NCBI GenBank assembly: GCA_963674965.2
Contig: CAXXFL010000005.1
Span: forward strand, 810,211-874,210
Direction of reading: 5' to 3'
Origin: a bacterium
GTDB taxonomy: Bacteria > RBG-13-61-14 > DATKZS01
DNA: 64,000 nucleotides
In this document: positions 16,748 to 26,869 of the stretch, in pieces
Layout of the letters: each line of letters starts with the position of its first letter
Numbering within the stretch: the first letter of the stretch is position 1
The notes under the pieces: generated by a model
Database searches by the model: none
Seen by the model: the letters and a program-made list of their open reading frames with translations, nothing else
What the model was told of the DNA's origin: nothing
Translations under genes and position numbers: made by a program

Positions 16748-19225
16748 ATGAAAATCGATCTTCATTTATACTCGAAACTTTCCAAAAGGCCCTCGATCTG
16801 GCTGCTAAAAAAAATAGGCTGCGCCGAAAGTTACGCCGAGCCGGCCGAGCTTTACCGGATAGCCAGGTCCCGGGGCATGGACGGCGTGACCATTACCGAC
16901 CATAACGCCATCGAGGGGGCCCTCGAGATAGCCCATCTTCCAGGCGCCTTCGTGAGCTGCGAGGTGACCACTTATTTTCCCGACGACAACTGCAAGCTCC
17001 ACGTCCTTGTTTACGGGATTTCGGAGGAGCAGTTCCGGGAGATCGACAAGCTTCGCGCCAACGTGTTCGAGTTGGTATCTTATCTAAGAGAAGAGGGAAT
17101 ATTTCACGCCCTGGCCCATCCCTTTTACGCGGTCAACGACCGCTTGACCGTCGAAAGGGTCGAGCAGTGCGTCCTGCTTTTTAAGTACTTCGAGCTGAAC
17201 GGGGACCAGGCCGCCGAGGTCAACGAGGCCATCAGGCGGCTTTTCTCGAGGATACCTATTTCCGAGATCGAGCGCATGAGTAACGTCCACGGCCTCGAGC
17301 CCGGTTTTGACGAGCCCTGGCGCAAGGTCTTCATCGGTGGTTCCGACGATCACAGCTCCCTTAACGTGGCCAACACCTTCAGCCAAGTGGAGAATGCCTC
17401 GTCGGTAAGCGAGTTTTTCCGCGGAATCGAGCGTGGAGAGGTATCGGTAGAATACTACAAACCGCCCGACCCGCTTTTGATGGCCCACAATATTTACGGC
17501 GTGGCTTACCAGTTTTACGGCCGGAAGTTCTCGCCCGGACGGATGAGGGAATACAGCCTGATACTGCGGTTCCTGGACGGGATGCTCCGGGCCGAGCCCC
17601 TCAAGGAGACGTCTTTTTTGAAGCGGGTTTACTTTAAGTTCAAGCGGCAGGTCAATCCTCCACCCGAGCCCCCGGGCAAGGCGACCCTTTCAGAGCTCAT
17701 CCAATACGAGGCCCAGAAGAAAATTTCCTCCGACCCCGAATTGTCCCGTCTCCTCGACGAGGGGGAATCCTCATCGAGCGAGACCCACAAGGAATGGTTC
17801 GGCTTCGTCAGCCAGGTCAGCGACCGGATTTCGGGAAGACTCGCCCGCGACTTCAGGGACAGGCTGTCGGGGGCCAATCCCCTCGAGATGTTCGGCGCCC
17901 TCGGGGGGGCCGGGGCCCTCTACGCCACCCTGGCGCCTTATTTCATTTCCTACTCCCTGTACAGCCGGGGAATACGGTTCGCCGAGACGGTGGAAAAAAG
18001 GTTTCACGGAGACGCCACCAAACGCGTCGAGCCCAAGGTGGTGGTCTTTACCGATACCTTCGACGAGATAAACGGAGTGGCCCGCACCTGGAACAAGAAC
18101 GTTCGTCTCGCCGCTCGCTCGGGCAAGAAGCTGACCGTGGTTACCTGCTCTTCAGCGGGAGGCCGGGAGGAGGCCGGACCGGGCGTTAAGTATTTCAAGC
18201 CCGTCGAGGTCTTCGAGACGCCCGAGTACCCCGAGCAAAAGCTTTTCATCCCTCCCTTCCTGGAGATGCTGAGGTATTGCTACGAAAACAACTTCACTCA
18301 CGTTCACGGGGCCACGCCCGGCCCGCTTGGACTGGCGGCCCTGGCGGCGGCCAGGCTTTTAAAGCTTCCCTTTTACACCACTTATCACACCTCCGTGCCC
18401 GAGTACGCGCTATATCTTACGGGCGACCGCTCGGTCGAGGACCTTTTGTGGAGGTTCATCGTATGGTTTTACGATCAGTCGGACCTTATATTCTCTCCTT
18501 CCCTGGCGACCTCGAGGGGGCTCGTCAGCCACGGCGTTCCCGAGTACAAGCTCCGACTCATGCCAAGAGGAGTGGACGCCGAGGCCTTCACCCCCGCGAG
18601 GCGCCGCGAGTACCCGGGCCTTCCAGCGGGCAAAAGACTCCTTTACGTGGGCAGGGTCTCGAGGGAGAAAAACCTCGAGCTTCTGGGCAAGGCCTTTAAG
18701 ATGCTCTCGGCCGCGGAAAAGGAAGCGCGCCTGGTGGTGGTGGGAGACGGACCTTACCTCAAGGAGATGAAGCGGGAAATGGAGGGATACCCCTGCTTCT
18801 TCACGGGCTATAAGGAGGGCGAGGAGTTGGCCTCGATCTACGCCTCATGCGACCTGTTCGTCTTTCCCAGCGCCACCGACACCTTCGGGAACGTGGTGCT
18901 CGAGGCCCAGGCCAGCGGCCTTCCCGTCATCGTCACGGACAAGGGCGGCCCCAAGGAGAACCTCCTGCCCGAGCGCACGGGCCTGGTGGTGGAGGCCAAC
19001 GACGCGGGAGCCCTGTTCCAGGCCTCGCGCCGACTGCTGGCCAGCCCCGAGCGGGCCGAAGAAATGGGCCGAAACGCCAGGCTTTACGCCGAGACCAGGT
19101 CATTCGACAAAGCCTTTAACCGCTACTGGGACCTCTATAAAACCAGCCCACCCAACGCCTTCCCAAAAAAGGATAGCCAAAGCGGCGACGAGAACGGCTC
19201 GGAGTCCTTGATCAAAACTGCCTGA
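16748..19225 (+). CDS. PHP-domain / GT4 glycosyltransferase fusion
   Basis: KIDLHLYS, ITDHN, LAHP, GGSDDHS; then FTDTFDEINGVA, YVGRVSREKN, DTFGNVVLEAQASG. Confidence 0.88.
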   Translation: MKIDLHLYSKLSKRPSIWLLKKIGCAESYAEPAELYRIARSRGMDGVTITDHNAIEGALEIAHLPGAFVSCEVTTYFPDDNCKLHVLVYGISEEQFREIDKLRANVFELVSYLREEGIFHALAHPFYAVNDRLTVERVEQCVLLFKYFELNGDQAAEVNEAIRRLFSRIPISEIERMSNVHGLEPGFDEPWRKVFIGGSDDHSSLNVANTFSQVENASSVSEFFRGIERGEVSVEYYKPPDPLLMAHNIYGVAYQFYGRKFSPGRMREYSLILRFLDGMLRAEPLKETSFLKRVYFKFKRQVNPPPEPPGKATLSELIQYEAQKKISSDPELSRLLDEGESSSSETHKEWFGFVSQVSDRISGRLARDFRDRLSGANPLEMFGALGGAGALYATLAPYFISYSLYSRGIRFAETVEKRFHGDATKRVEPKVVVFTDTFDEINGVARTWNKNVRLAARSGKKLTVVTCSSAGGREEAGPGVKYFKPVEVFETPEYPEQKLFIPPFLEMLRYCYENNFTHVHGATPGPLGLAALAAARLLKLPFYTTYHTSVPEYALYLTGDRSVEDLLWRFIVWFYDQSDLIFSPSLATSRGLVSHGVPEYKLRLMPRGVDAEAFTPARRREYPGLPAGKRLLYVGRVSREKNLELLGKAFKMLSAAEKEARLVVVGDGPYLKEMKREMEGYPCFFTGYKEGEELASIYASCDLFVFPSATDTFGNVVLEAQASGLPVIVTDKGGPKENLLPERTGLVVEANDAGALFQASRRLLASPERAEEMGRNARLYAETRSFDKAFNRYWDLYKTSPPNAFPKKDSQSGDENGSESLIKTA

Positions 19226-19405
19226 TTGGAGAGCGGCTCGAGCTCACGGGCAAGTCGCGTTCTCCGATGGCGTCGCGTCGCGCCGTTGTTCGCCTTGAGT
19301 ACGGTTTACAAAAAAGCCGCGGGCCGCGGCCTGACCCGATCCCGTCCCGGCTGGAGTGGATTGAGGCGCCGAGGCGCAATGTATGATTGAGGTTCAAACG
19401 CGAAA

Positions 19406-19427
19406 GGGACGCGGTTTTCCGCGTCCC
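19406..19427 (-). terminator. Intrinsic terminator-like hairpin after mglA
   Basis: GGGACGCGG-TTTT-CCGCGTCCC between convergent genes. Confidence 0.6.
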
Positions 19428-19446
19428 CATGGATAATCGGCTGAAG

Positions 19447-20034
19447 TTATTTCCCTTTTCTGAGTTCCTGGAGCACGAGTTTGGCCACGGCCTTGAGGGT
19501 GTCGAAGACCCCCTGTCCGGTCACGGCGCAGGCCTCGAACTCGGGCACGCCCATGGGGTTGAGTTCGCGCCGGAGCTCGTCCATGGGGGTGGCGTTGGGC
19601 AGGTCCCTTTTGTTGTACTGGACCACGTAGGGAATTTTCTTGAGGTCGTAGCCGTGTTCCTCGAGGTTGATGCCCAGGTTCTCGAGGCTTTCGATGTTGG
19701 CCTCCATCCTTTCCTCCTGGGAGTCAGCGACGAAGACGACCCCGTCCACGCCCTTGAGGATGAGTTTTCTGGAGGCGTCGTAGAAGACCTGACCGGGAAC
19801 GGTGTAAAGGTGGAAGCGGGTCTTGAAGCCCCGAATCTCGCCCAGGGAGAGGGGCAGGAAGTCGAAGAAGAGCGTCCTTTCCGTCTCGGTGGCGAGGGAG
19901 ATCATCTTCCCCTTGGCCTGCGGGTTGGTCTTGTCGTAAATGTATTGCAGGTTCGTGGTCTTACCGCAGAGCCCGGGACCGTAATACACGATCTTGCAAT
20001 TGATCTCGCGTGAAGAGTAGTTAATGAACGACAT
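19447..20034 (-). CDS. mglA: Gliding-motility small GTPase MglA
   Basis: [41 protein letters not shown]. Confidence 0.97.
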   Translation of the reverse strand: MSFINYSSREINCKIVYYGPGLCGKTTNLQYIYDKTNPQAKGKMISLATETERTLFFDFLPLSLGEIRGFKTRFHLYTVPGQVFYDASRKLILKGVDGVVFVADSQEERMEANIESLENLGINLEEHGYDLKKIPYVVQYNKRDLPNATPMDELRRELNPMGVPEFEACAVTGQGVFDTLKAVAKLVLQELRKGK

Positions 20035-20067
20035 GTCTGGTTCTACTCCTTGATGAGCGGCGCTTTA

Positions 20068-20565
20068 TTATTCACTGAAGAGGTTGTCGATGTCATCGTC
20101 GGTAATCTCGGCGAACGGCGACGCCCCCGCCGCGGCTCCCGCGGCCTCGGCTTCCGCTTTCTTCATCAAGTTGTTAAAAATTACCGTCAGCTCGTCGCTG
20201 GCTTTCTTGACCCGGAGCCGTACCAGTCCAAGACTGGAGCGGGCGTCGAATATGACCACCAGGATGACCCTCATGCCCACTATCGAGATATGAAGGTTGT
20301 CCCGCTCCCCCTCATGGAAAAGGATCGAGAACTCCTTTTCGCCGAGAAGCTTGGCGAGACCGCCCGTGGCCGCGATGTTTCCGGCGGTCAAGGAAGCAAG
20401 GCTGGTCGTGTCGAGGTTCTCGGTCTCGCCGTGGGCCGCTATCAACTGCCCGTTTTTATCCACCAGGAAAACGACCTTGGCGTTGGCGTCCTTGACCAGT
20501 TTTTCCAGAACCTGACTGATCTGGTGGAACTCCTCTTCATACATCACCATACCGGGGCCTGGCAT
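20068..20565 (-). CDS. mglB: Roadblock/LC7 GAP MglB
   Basis: VMYEEEF, LVDKNGQLIA, SLASLTAGNIAATGGLA, FAEITDDDIDNLF. Confidence 0.96.
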   Translation of the reverse strand: MPGPGMVMYEEEFHQISQVLEKLVKDANAKVVFLVDKNGQLIAAHGETENLDTTSLASLTAGNIAATGGLAKLLGEKEFSILFHEGERDNLHISIVGMRVILVVIFDARSSLGLVRLRVKKASDELTVIFNNLMKKAEAEAAGAAAGASPFAEITDDDIDNLFSE

Positions 20566-20668
20566 CCTCGCGTCTCCTTATCTTTGCCTTTTTAATTTAC
20601 AAGAAATTATTCAGTTAACATAGCAAACTAGATGGACAAGTGCAAACCGCCGCCCACCCCTCGATCAA

Positions 20669-21613
20669 TCAGCCCTTCACGTTCACGCATTTTTTCCGGA
20701 GAAGCTCCCATTCACGGTCAACCTTTTCCTGGATGTCCTGCACCTGGTCCGGAGTAAGGTGGCGGAAACGCCCGTGACCCTTGAAATATTCCTCCACGGG
20801 CTTCCTGTTCTTAAAGTCCATGCTTAAATGATACTCCCTGTCGATCACCTCGTAAAGCGGGAAGATACCCGTCTGCGTCGCCAGCTTGCCGTACTCGATG
20901 GCCTTTTCCGCGGGAATGCGCCAGCCCGTCGGACAAACGGACATGACGTGCACGTAGGCCGGTCCAGGCGTCTCGACGGCCCTCTTGGCCTTTTTGTACA
21001 AGTCCAGCGGAAACGCGGAGTTGGCCGTGGCCACGTAGGGCACGTGGTGGGCGGCCGCTATCTCGGGCATGGGCTTTTTCCAGGTTTTCTGTCCGAAGCT
21101 TTCGCTGCCCGCGGGCGAGGTGGTGGTCGAGGCCCCGAAGGGGGTCGAGGACGACCTTTGAATGCCCGTGTTCATGTAGGCCTCGTTGTCCACGCAGAAA
21201 AAGGTCATGTCATGGCCGCGCTCGAGGGCGCCGGAAAGGGCCTGGAGACCGATGTCGGCCGTGCCCCCGTCTCCGGCCATGCCGATGACGTGAATTTTCT
21301 TTTGGGGAATGCGGCCTTTTTTCATGAGAATCTTGAGTCCGGCCTCCACTCCCGAGGCCACGGCCGCCGAGTTCTCGAAGGCCACGTGAATCCAGGGCAC
21401 CTTCCAAGAGGTGGTGGGAAGAGGAGAACTGATGATCTCCATGCAGCCCGTGCTCATGGCCATGATAGTGTCCGGACCCGTGGCCTTGAGGATTATGCGC
21501 ACGCTCAGCGCCTCGGCGCATCCCTGGCAGGCCCGGTGGCCGCTGGCAAGATACTCCTCCCTGGGAAGGGTTTTGGGATTAACCTTTTCCTTTTTCTCGG
21601 CTGTATCGTTCAT
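20669..21613 (-). CDS. porB: Pyruvate/2-oxoacid:ferredoxin oxidoreductase beta subunit
   Basis: GHRACQGC, GDGG TPP motif, DNEAYMNTGIQRS. Confidence 0.93.
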   Translation of the reverse strand: MNDTAEKKEKVNPKTLPREEYLASGHRACQGCAEALSVRIILKATGPDTIMAMSTGCMEIISSPLPTTSWKVPWIHVAFENSAAVASGVEAGLKILMKKGRIPQKKIHVIGMAGDGGTADIGLQALSGALERGHDMTFFCVDNEAYMNTGIQRSSSTPFGASTTTSPAGSESFGQKTWKKPMPEIAAAHHVPYVATANSAFPLDLYKKAKRAVETPGPAYVHVMSVCPTGWRIPAEKAIEYGKLATQTGIFPLYEVIDREYHLSMDFKNRKPVEEYFKGHGRFRHLTPDQVQDIQEKVDREWELLRKKCVNVKG

Positions 21614-22785
21614 TCGCGCACCCCGTAAATTTCATATTCGTCATCACGGCCGGAATCCACCTTCTCCCCGGCCAGTTTGGCCATCTCGATAAAGGCCTCC
21701 GGCTGCACGTCCCGGCCCGCGAGACCGACGATAAAGTCGACCACCTTGGGACGGTCGGCCATCGAGTAGAGTTGACTCCGTAGCTCCGAGGCCACGGGAC
21801 CGCCGAAACCGAAGCTCAGCGCCCGGTCAATCACGATAAGGACCTGGGCGCCCTCGACGGCCTTCTTGAACTCCTCCACCGGGAAGGGCCGCCAGAGCCG
21901 AATCTTGACCAGACCAACCTCCTGGCCCGCGCCGCGCATCTCGTCCACCGCCACGCTGGCCGTCTCGCCCATGCTGCCCATGGTTATGAAAAGGGTCTTG
22001 GCCCCCTCGGTCTTGTAGGTCTCGACGGCCTTGTACTCCCGGCCCGTCAGTTCCTTCCACTCCTCCCAGGCCTTGAGGCAGGCCGGCTTGGATTGAACCA
22101 GGGCGTCCTCCTGGGCCATCTTGGTCTCCGTGAAAAGCTCGGGCATGGCGAAGGCCCCCATGGTGACCGGCTTGTCCGGATGGAGGGTGTGGATGGGCCT
22201 GAACTGGGGAAGGTATTTTTCCACCGTCTTCTGGTCCACGAACTCGATGGGCTCGATAACGTGGGAAAGGATAAACCCGTCCATGTTCAGGATGGTGGGA
22301 AGCATTACCCCACGATCCTCAGCCACGCGGAAGCTCCAGAACACGTGGTCGTAGGCCTCCTGCCCGTTCTCGACGAAGACCTGGACCCAGCCGCAGTCCC
22401 TTATCATCATCACGTCCGAGTGGTCGTTCCAGATCGAGAGGGGCGATGAAAGCGACCTGTTAACCAGGGCCATCACCACGGGAAGACGCATGGCCGAGGC
22501 GATGAACACTATCTCGCTCATGAGGGCGAGTCCCTGCGAGGCCGTCGAGGTAAAAGTCCTGGCCCCCGCCGCCGAGGTGCCGCAGCAAACGCTCATGGCC
22601 GAGTGCTCGCTCTCGACGAGGATGAACTCCGCGGACAGGTGTCCGTCGGCCACCAGCTCGGAGAGGTGCTCGACGATGTGAGTCTGCGGCGTGATGGGGT
22701 AGGCCGCGATGCAGTCAACGTCGCACTGGCCCACCGCCTCGGCCACGGCTATGGATATCTCTATTCCTACTCTGCCCTGGCGCAT
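21610..22785 (-). CDS. porA: Pyruvate/2-oxoacid:ferredoxin oxidoreductase alpha subunit
   Basis: AYPITPQT, VESEHSA, TASQGL. Confidence 0.93.
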   Translation of the reverse strand: MRQGRVGIEISIAVAEAVGQCDVDCIAAYPITPQTHIVEHLSELVADGHLSAEFILVESEHSAMSVCCGTSAAGARTFTSTASQGLALMSEIVFIASAMRLPVVMALVNRSLSSPLSIWNDHSDVMMIRDCGWVQVFVENGQEAYDHVFWSFRVAEDRGVMLPTILNMDGFILSHVIEPIEFVDQKTVEKYLPQFRPIHTLHPDKPVTMGAFAMPELFTETKMAQEDALVQSKPACLKAWEEWKELTGREYKAVETYKTEGAKTLFITMGSMGETASVAVDEMRGAGQEVGLVKIRLWRPFPVEEFKKAVEGAQVLIVIDRALSFGFGGPVASELRSQLYSMADRPKVVDFIVGLAGRDVQPEAFIEMAKLAGEKVDSGRDDEYEIYGVRE

Positions 22786-22786
22786 G

Positions 22787-23077
22787 TCACTCCTCCTCCA
22801 CCATCTTGATCGCGTCCTTTGGACATATGTCCGCGCAGATGCCGCAGCCCTTGCAGTAATCCAGGTTGGCCACGTATACCTCGTCGTCCCGCTGGTAGAT
22901 GGCCGCGTCGGGGCAATACATCCAGCACTGGGCGCACTTGATGCACTTCTCCTCGTCCACGATGGGACGCTGGCTCCGCCACGAGCCCGTCAGGTACTCC
23001 GAGGCGTTGCCCGGCTCGAGAATGACGCAGCCCACCTCGAGTTCCCTCCAGCCTATTTTATCCATCGGCTTGGTCAT
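22787..23077 (-). CDS. porD: Pyruvate:ferredoxin oxidoreductase delta subunit
   Basis: TGSWR, CIKCAQCWMYCP, YCKGCGICADICP. Confidence 0.93.
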   Translation of the reverse strand: MTKPMDKIGWRELEVGCVILEPGNASEYLTGSWRSQRPIVDEEKCIKCAQCWMYCPDAAIYQRDDEVYVANLDYCKGCGICADICPKDAIKMVEEE

Positions 23078-23080
23078 GGG

Positions 23081-23629
23081 TCACTCCTTGATTTCCGTCT
23101 CGTCAAAGGCGCGCTTGACCGCGTTCCAGTTGATCGAGGCGATCTTTCCGAAGCGCTGGTTCAGCGGTTCCTCGAGGCTCTCGAGCTTGACTATGCCCGT
23201 GGCCTTGACCAGGGCCCCCATCATGGCCGTGTTGGTAATGGGCCTTTTCAGCTCGTCCCAGGCTATCCGGGTGGCGTCCACCAGGGCGATCCTGGCCTTG
23301 AGCCCGTAACGCTCCCGAAGGGCCATAACGTCCTCGTTGGAATTGATGATAAGAAGGCCGTTCTCCTTAAGCCCGCTGGTGGGGTCCACCACGTCAAGGA
23401 GCTTGGGATCGAGGACGATGGCCGCGTCCGGACGCTTGACCTGGGCCCGAAGCCGGATGCGCTCGCCGTCGACGCGACAGAAGGCCATCACGGGCGCTCC
23501 CCGCCTCTCCGGTCCAAAGGCCGGAAAAGCCTGGCTGAAGCGGCCCTCCTTAACCGCGGCCTGGGCGACCAGCTCGGCCGTCGTGACCGCGCCTTGTCCG
23601 CCCCTGCCGTGAAACCTGATTTCTAGCAT
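23081..23629 (-). CDS. porC: Pyruvate:ferredoxin oxidoreductase gamma subunit
   Basis: MLEIRFHGRGGQG, FGPERRGAP. Confidence 0.93.
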   Translation of the reverse strand: MLEIRFHGRGGQGAVTTAELVAQAAVKEGRFSQAFPAFGPERRGAPVMAFCRVDGERIRLRAQVKRPDAAIVLDPKLLDVVDPTSGLKENGLLIINSNEDVMALRERYGLKARIALVDATRIAWDELKRPITNTAMMGALVKATGIVKLESLEEPLNQRFGKIASINWNAVKRAFDETEIKE

Positions 23630-24112
23630 GTTACCGAGCCTCCCTGCTGATCTAAGACCGGAAAAGAAATCCAAGGCCCAGGGTCAAGATACATCCTTTT
23701 TACAGCCGAATACTCCGAAAAGAAGTGAGGAGGAAAAGCCCTCCTTAATGGCCGGCAAGGCCATGGGTCCCTAATCTCCGATCAACGCGGTAAAGATTTA
23801 TATCACAAGCTCATGGCTCGCGCAAACGGCGCGTTAACTTTTTTCCCGCTTTCGGAAGATAAAAATTTGCCAAGGCGCGGGGAAAAAAGCCCTTTCCCTT
23901 GAAACCGGGCGTAAAGAGTTTTAATATCCTATATGCCGCTGGAGGGAAAATAAAGCCGCGCCCCGTCCGGCGCCCAGGCGCCATCCGCAAAAAGAAATTT
24001 TAGGCCGCGTCCGGGTCCGGGCATTCCGAAAAGGAACAATCACGATCGACAATGGGGTCTTCATTTATTCTCTTGACGGCGCGTTAAATAATGCGTTCGA
24101 GCGAGGTGTAAA

Positions 24113-25063
24113 ATGAGCGAGTCAAGACGCGTTCCTCTTTTGATAGTGGGGGGCGGACCGGCGGGTTTGACGTCGGCCATTTACTCTTTGCGCTCGGGGA
24201 TCGAGTGCGAGGTTATCGAGCGGGCGGTCCCCGGCGGCCAGGTTTTCATAGCCGACAGGATAGAGAATTATCCGGGTTTTATCGATCCCATAGCGGGATC
24301 GGAGCTTAGCGACCGCATGAAGGCCCAGGCCGAGCGCTTCGGCGCCAGGATCATTCAGGACGAGGTGGTCAAGGTCGAGGTGGAAGGCGACCTGAAAAAG
24401 GTGACCCTTCAGCGCGGCGGCCAGGTCGCGTGCGACGCCCTGGTGGTGGCCACCGGCTCGAGGCCCAGACAGCTTGGCATTCCCGGCGAGATGGAGCTGT
24501 GGGGCCGGGGCGTCAGCTACTGCGCCACCTGCGACGGCAACTTCTTTCGAGGTCAGAAGCTGGCGGTCATAGGGGGGGGCGACAGCGCCTGTCAGGAGGC
24601 GTCCATGCTCTCCCACCTGGCGAGCGAGGTGTACATCATCCACCGGCGCGACCAGTTCCGGGCCCAGGAGTACATCGTGCAGTGCGCCATGAGCGAGCCC
24701 AACGTGAAGGTCTTATGGGACACCGTGGCCGAGCGCGTCGAGGGCAAGGACGAGGTCAAGGGCGTGAGTATCAGGAACGTCAAGACGGGGGAGGAATCCC
24801 TGATCGAGGTGCAGGGAGTTTTTATTTACGTGGGTCTTATTCCCCTGACCGATTTCCTTCAAGGCGTGGTCGAGCTGAGCGGCGAGGGCTACGTGGCGGC
24901 GGGGGAGGATACCATAACCTCGGTACCCGGCATATTCGCGGCCGGCGACTGCCGCGTCAAGCCGCTTCGCCAGGTGGCCACGGCCGTGGCCGACGGGGCC
25001 AACGCCATAAGGTCGATGGAGATGTACTTCATCGAGCGGGGAATCTCGAGCAGGTATGTCTGA
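24113..25063 (+). CDS. trxB: Thioredoxin reductase
   Basis: GGGPAG, GVSYCATCDG, GGGDSA, HRRD. Confidence 0.95.
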   Translation: MSESRRVPLLIVGGGPAGLTSAIYSLRSGIECEVIERAVPGGQVFIADRIENYPGFIDPIAGSELSDRMKAQAERFGARIIQDEVVKVEVEGDLKKVTLQRGGQVACDALVVATGSRPRQLGIPGEMELWGRGVSYCATCDGNFFRGQKLAVIGGGDSACQEASMLSHLASEVYIIHRRDQFRAQEYIVQCAMSEPNVKVLWDTVAERVEGKDEVKGVSIRNVKTGEESLIEVQGVFIYVGLIPLTDFLQGVVELSGEGYVAAGEDTITSVPGIFAAGDCRVKPLRQVATAVADGANAIRSMEMYFIERGISSRYV

Positions 25064-25967
25064 TCAAGACAATGTCGTCCCCGGCTGGATCGAGTTTCAG
25101 CTCGGCGGGTCCCTGGCGGCCCTCGAGCTTTTCGCGGATTTCATGGACGAGATGGGCGCGGGAGGCGCGGTGTTCTCCGAGGACCCCGCGGGAGAGGAAG
25201 GGTCCCAGATGGTGACGGCCTTTTTATCCTCGGCCAAGGCCGGTCCCCAGACGATGAACGCGGTCAAGGACAAGGCCGACGAGCTTGGACGTCGTTTTCC
25301 CCTCGGCTGGCGGGGCCTTTCCGTGACCAGGGTCGAGGACCGGGACTGGGCCGAGGAATGGAAAAAGGGACTCGAGCCCGAGCGCCTCGAGCCGGGGCTG
25401 TGGGTGGTTCCCAGCCACAAGGACGTTCCCAGGGAGGCCGAGTCGGAGAAGGTGCTCCGCATAGACCCGGGCATGGCCTTCGGCACCGGCGCCCATCACA
25501 CCACCAGGATGTGCGTCGAGTTGGTGGCCAGGGCGGCCATGGAGGGCGCGACCTCGATGCTGGACATTGGGACGGGCACGGGTATACTGGCCATGACGGG
25601 GATTTTATTCGGAGTTAAAAAGGCCTCGGCCGTGGATATAGACCCCACGGCGCTTAGGACGGCCAAAGAGAACGCCCTGGCCAACGGGCTTTCGGCGAGC
25701 ATCGAGTTCGGGAGCGGAATATCCGACGCTAATGAAACGGTACCCGGCGGTCCTTTCGACCTCGTCTCGGCCAACCTCTTCGCCGAGGCCCTGGCCGAGC
25801 TTATGCCCTTTATGGCCCGCCACCTCCGGCCCGGGGGCAAGCTGGTTTTATCGGGGATAATCAACGAGAGGGAAGAATTGGTTGACCGCTCGCTTGCAAA
25901 TTCGCGTCTAAAGGTAGTAAAAAGGCTTAAGGAGGAAGGATGGACGGCAATCCTGGCAGAACGATAA
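25056..25967 (+). CDS. prmA: Ribosomal protein L11 methyltransferase
   Basis: DPGMAFGTGAHHTT, LDIGTGTGIL. Confidence 0.93.
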   Translation: MSDQDNVVPGWIEFQLGGSLAALELFADFMDEMGAGGAVFSEDPAGEEGSQMVTAFLSSAKAGPQTMNAVKDKADELGRRFPLGWRGLSVTRVEDRDWAEEWKKGLEPERLEPGLWVVPSHKDVPREAESEKVLRIDPGMAFGTGAHHTTRMCVELVARAAMEGATSMLDIGTGTGILAMTGILFGVKKASAVDIDPTALRTAKENALANGLSASIEFGSGISDANETVPGGPFDLVSANLFAEALAELMPFMARHLRPGGKLVLSGIINEREELVDRSLANSRLKVVKRLKEEGWTAILAER

Positions 25968-26734
25968 AGAAAAAGCGGATCAAACATCGCTTTTTCGTTT
26001 ACCCCTCCCGCGTGGAGTTCAGTGGACGCGAGATTCCTCACGTGACCATCGACCATGACACGGCCCATCACATACGCAACGTGCTCAGGCTGCAGGCGGG
26101 CTCGATGGTTTCCATTTTCGACGGCAGCGGCCGCGAGTACGAGGCCGAGGTCACCCAAAGCAAGCCCTCCGGGGTCAAGGTCAAGGTAAGCAGGGTCACC
26201 TCCCCCGCGGTCGAGTCTCCAATAAAAATCAACCTGGCCCAGTCCCTCATCAAAGGAAACGGCTTCGACAAAATTCTGACCTCGTGCACCGAGCTTGGCT
26301 GCGCGCGCTTCACTCCTCTTTTCACCTCGCGGACCGCCGCCAGGCTGAGCAAGACGGCCGCGGCCGACAAGGTTAAAAGATGGGAAAAGATAGCCGCCGA
26401 GGCCGCGGCCCAGTGCGGAAGGGTCAAGGTACCGGTCGTGGACATGCCCCTGGATTTCGAGGATTTCCTCGAAAAGCGAGACGAGTCCAACGGGATCATC
26501 CTTTGGGAAAAAGGAGGCTCGGGACAACTGGCCCAAATAAGGGAGGAAACGCAAAAGAACCTGCCCTTCGTGCTTCTCGCAGGGCCGGAGGGGGGCTTCT
26601 CCCAGGCCGAGGTCAAAATGGCCATGGACGCGGGTTTCCACATCTGGGGACTGGGACCGAGAAAACTCCGGGCGGAAACGGCCGGGGCCACCGCCATCAG
26701 CGTTCTTCAATTTATTCTGGGAGATATGGGGTGA
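25940..26734 (+). CDS. rsmE: 16S rRNA m3U1498 methyltransferase (start uncertain)
   Basis: HIRNVLRL, EAAAQCGR, GPEGGFS, LGPRKLRAETA. Confidence 0.93.
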   Translation: MDGNPGRTIKKKRIKHRFFVYPSRVEFSGREIPHVTIDHDTAHHIRNVLRLQAGSMVSIFDGSGREYEAEVTQSKPSGVKVKVSRVTSPAVESPIKINLAQSLIKGNGFDKILTSCTELGCARFTPLFTSRTAARLSKTAAADKVKRWEKIAAEAAAQCGRVKVPVVDMPLDFEDFLEKRDESNGIILWEKGGSGQLAQIREETQKNLPFVLLAGPEGGFSQAEVKMAMDAGFHIWGLGPRKLRAETAGATAISVLQFILGDMG

Positions 26735-26803
26735 GCGACGGGGCTTGAACCCGCGACAACCGAGGCCACAACCCGGTGCTCTACCAACTGAGCTACGCCC
26801 ACC
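26727..26803 (-). tRNA. tRNA-His (GTG) with encoded G-1 and CCA
   Basis: Reverse complement GGTGGGCGTAGCTCAGTTGGTAGAGCACCGGGTTGTGGCCTCGGTTGTCGCGGGTTCAAGCCCCGTCGCTCACCCCA. Confidence 0.95.
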
Positions 26804-26869
26804 ACGGATAGAAAATAGGGACGAGCCATGGCCCGTCCTTTTTTTATTATAGCCGGCTTTTCGGCGGCG

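Noticed and set aside
23774-23810. Possible Rex operator (TCACAA) upstream of porC
   Set aside because: Only a half-site; better explained as an extended -10 region on the minus strand.
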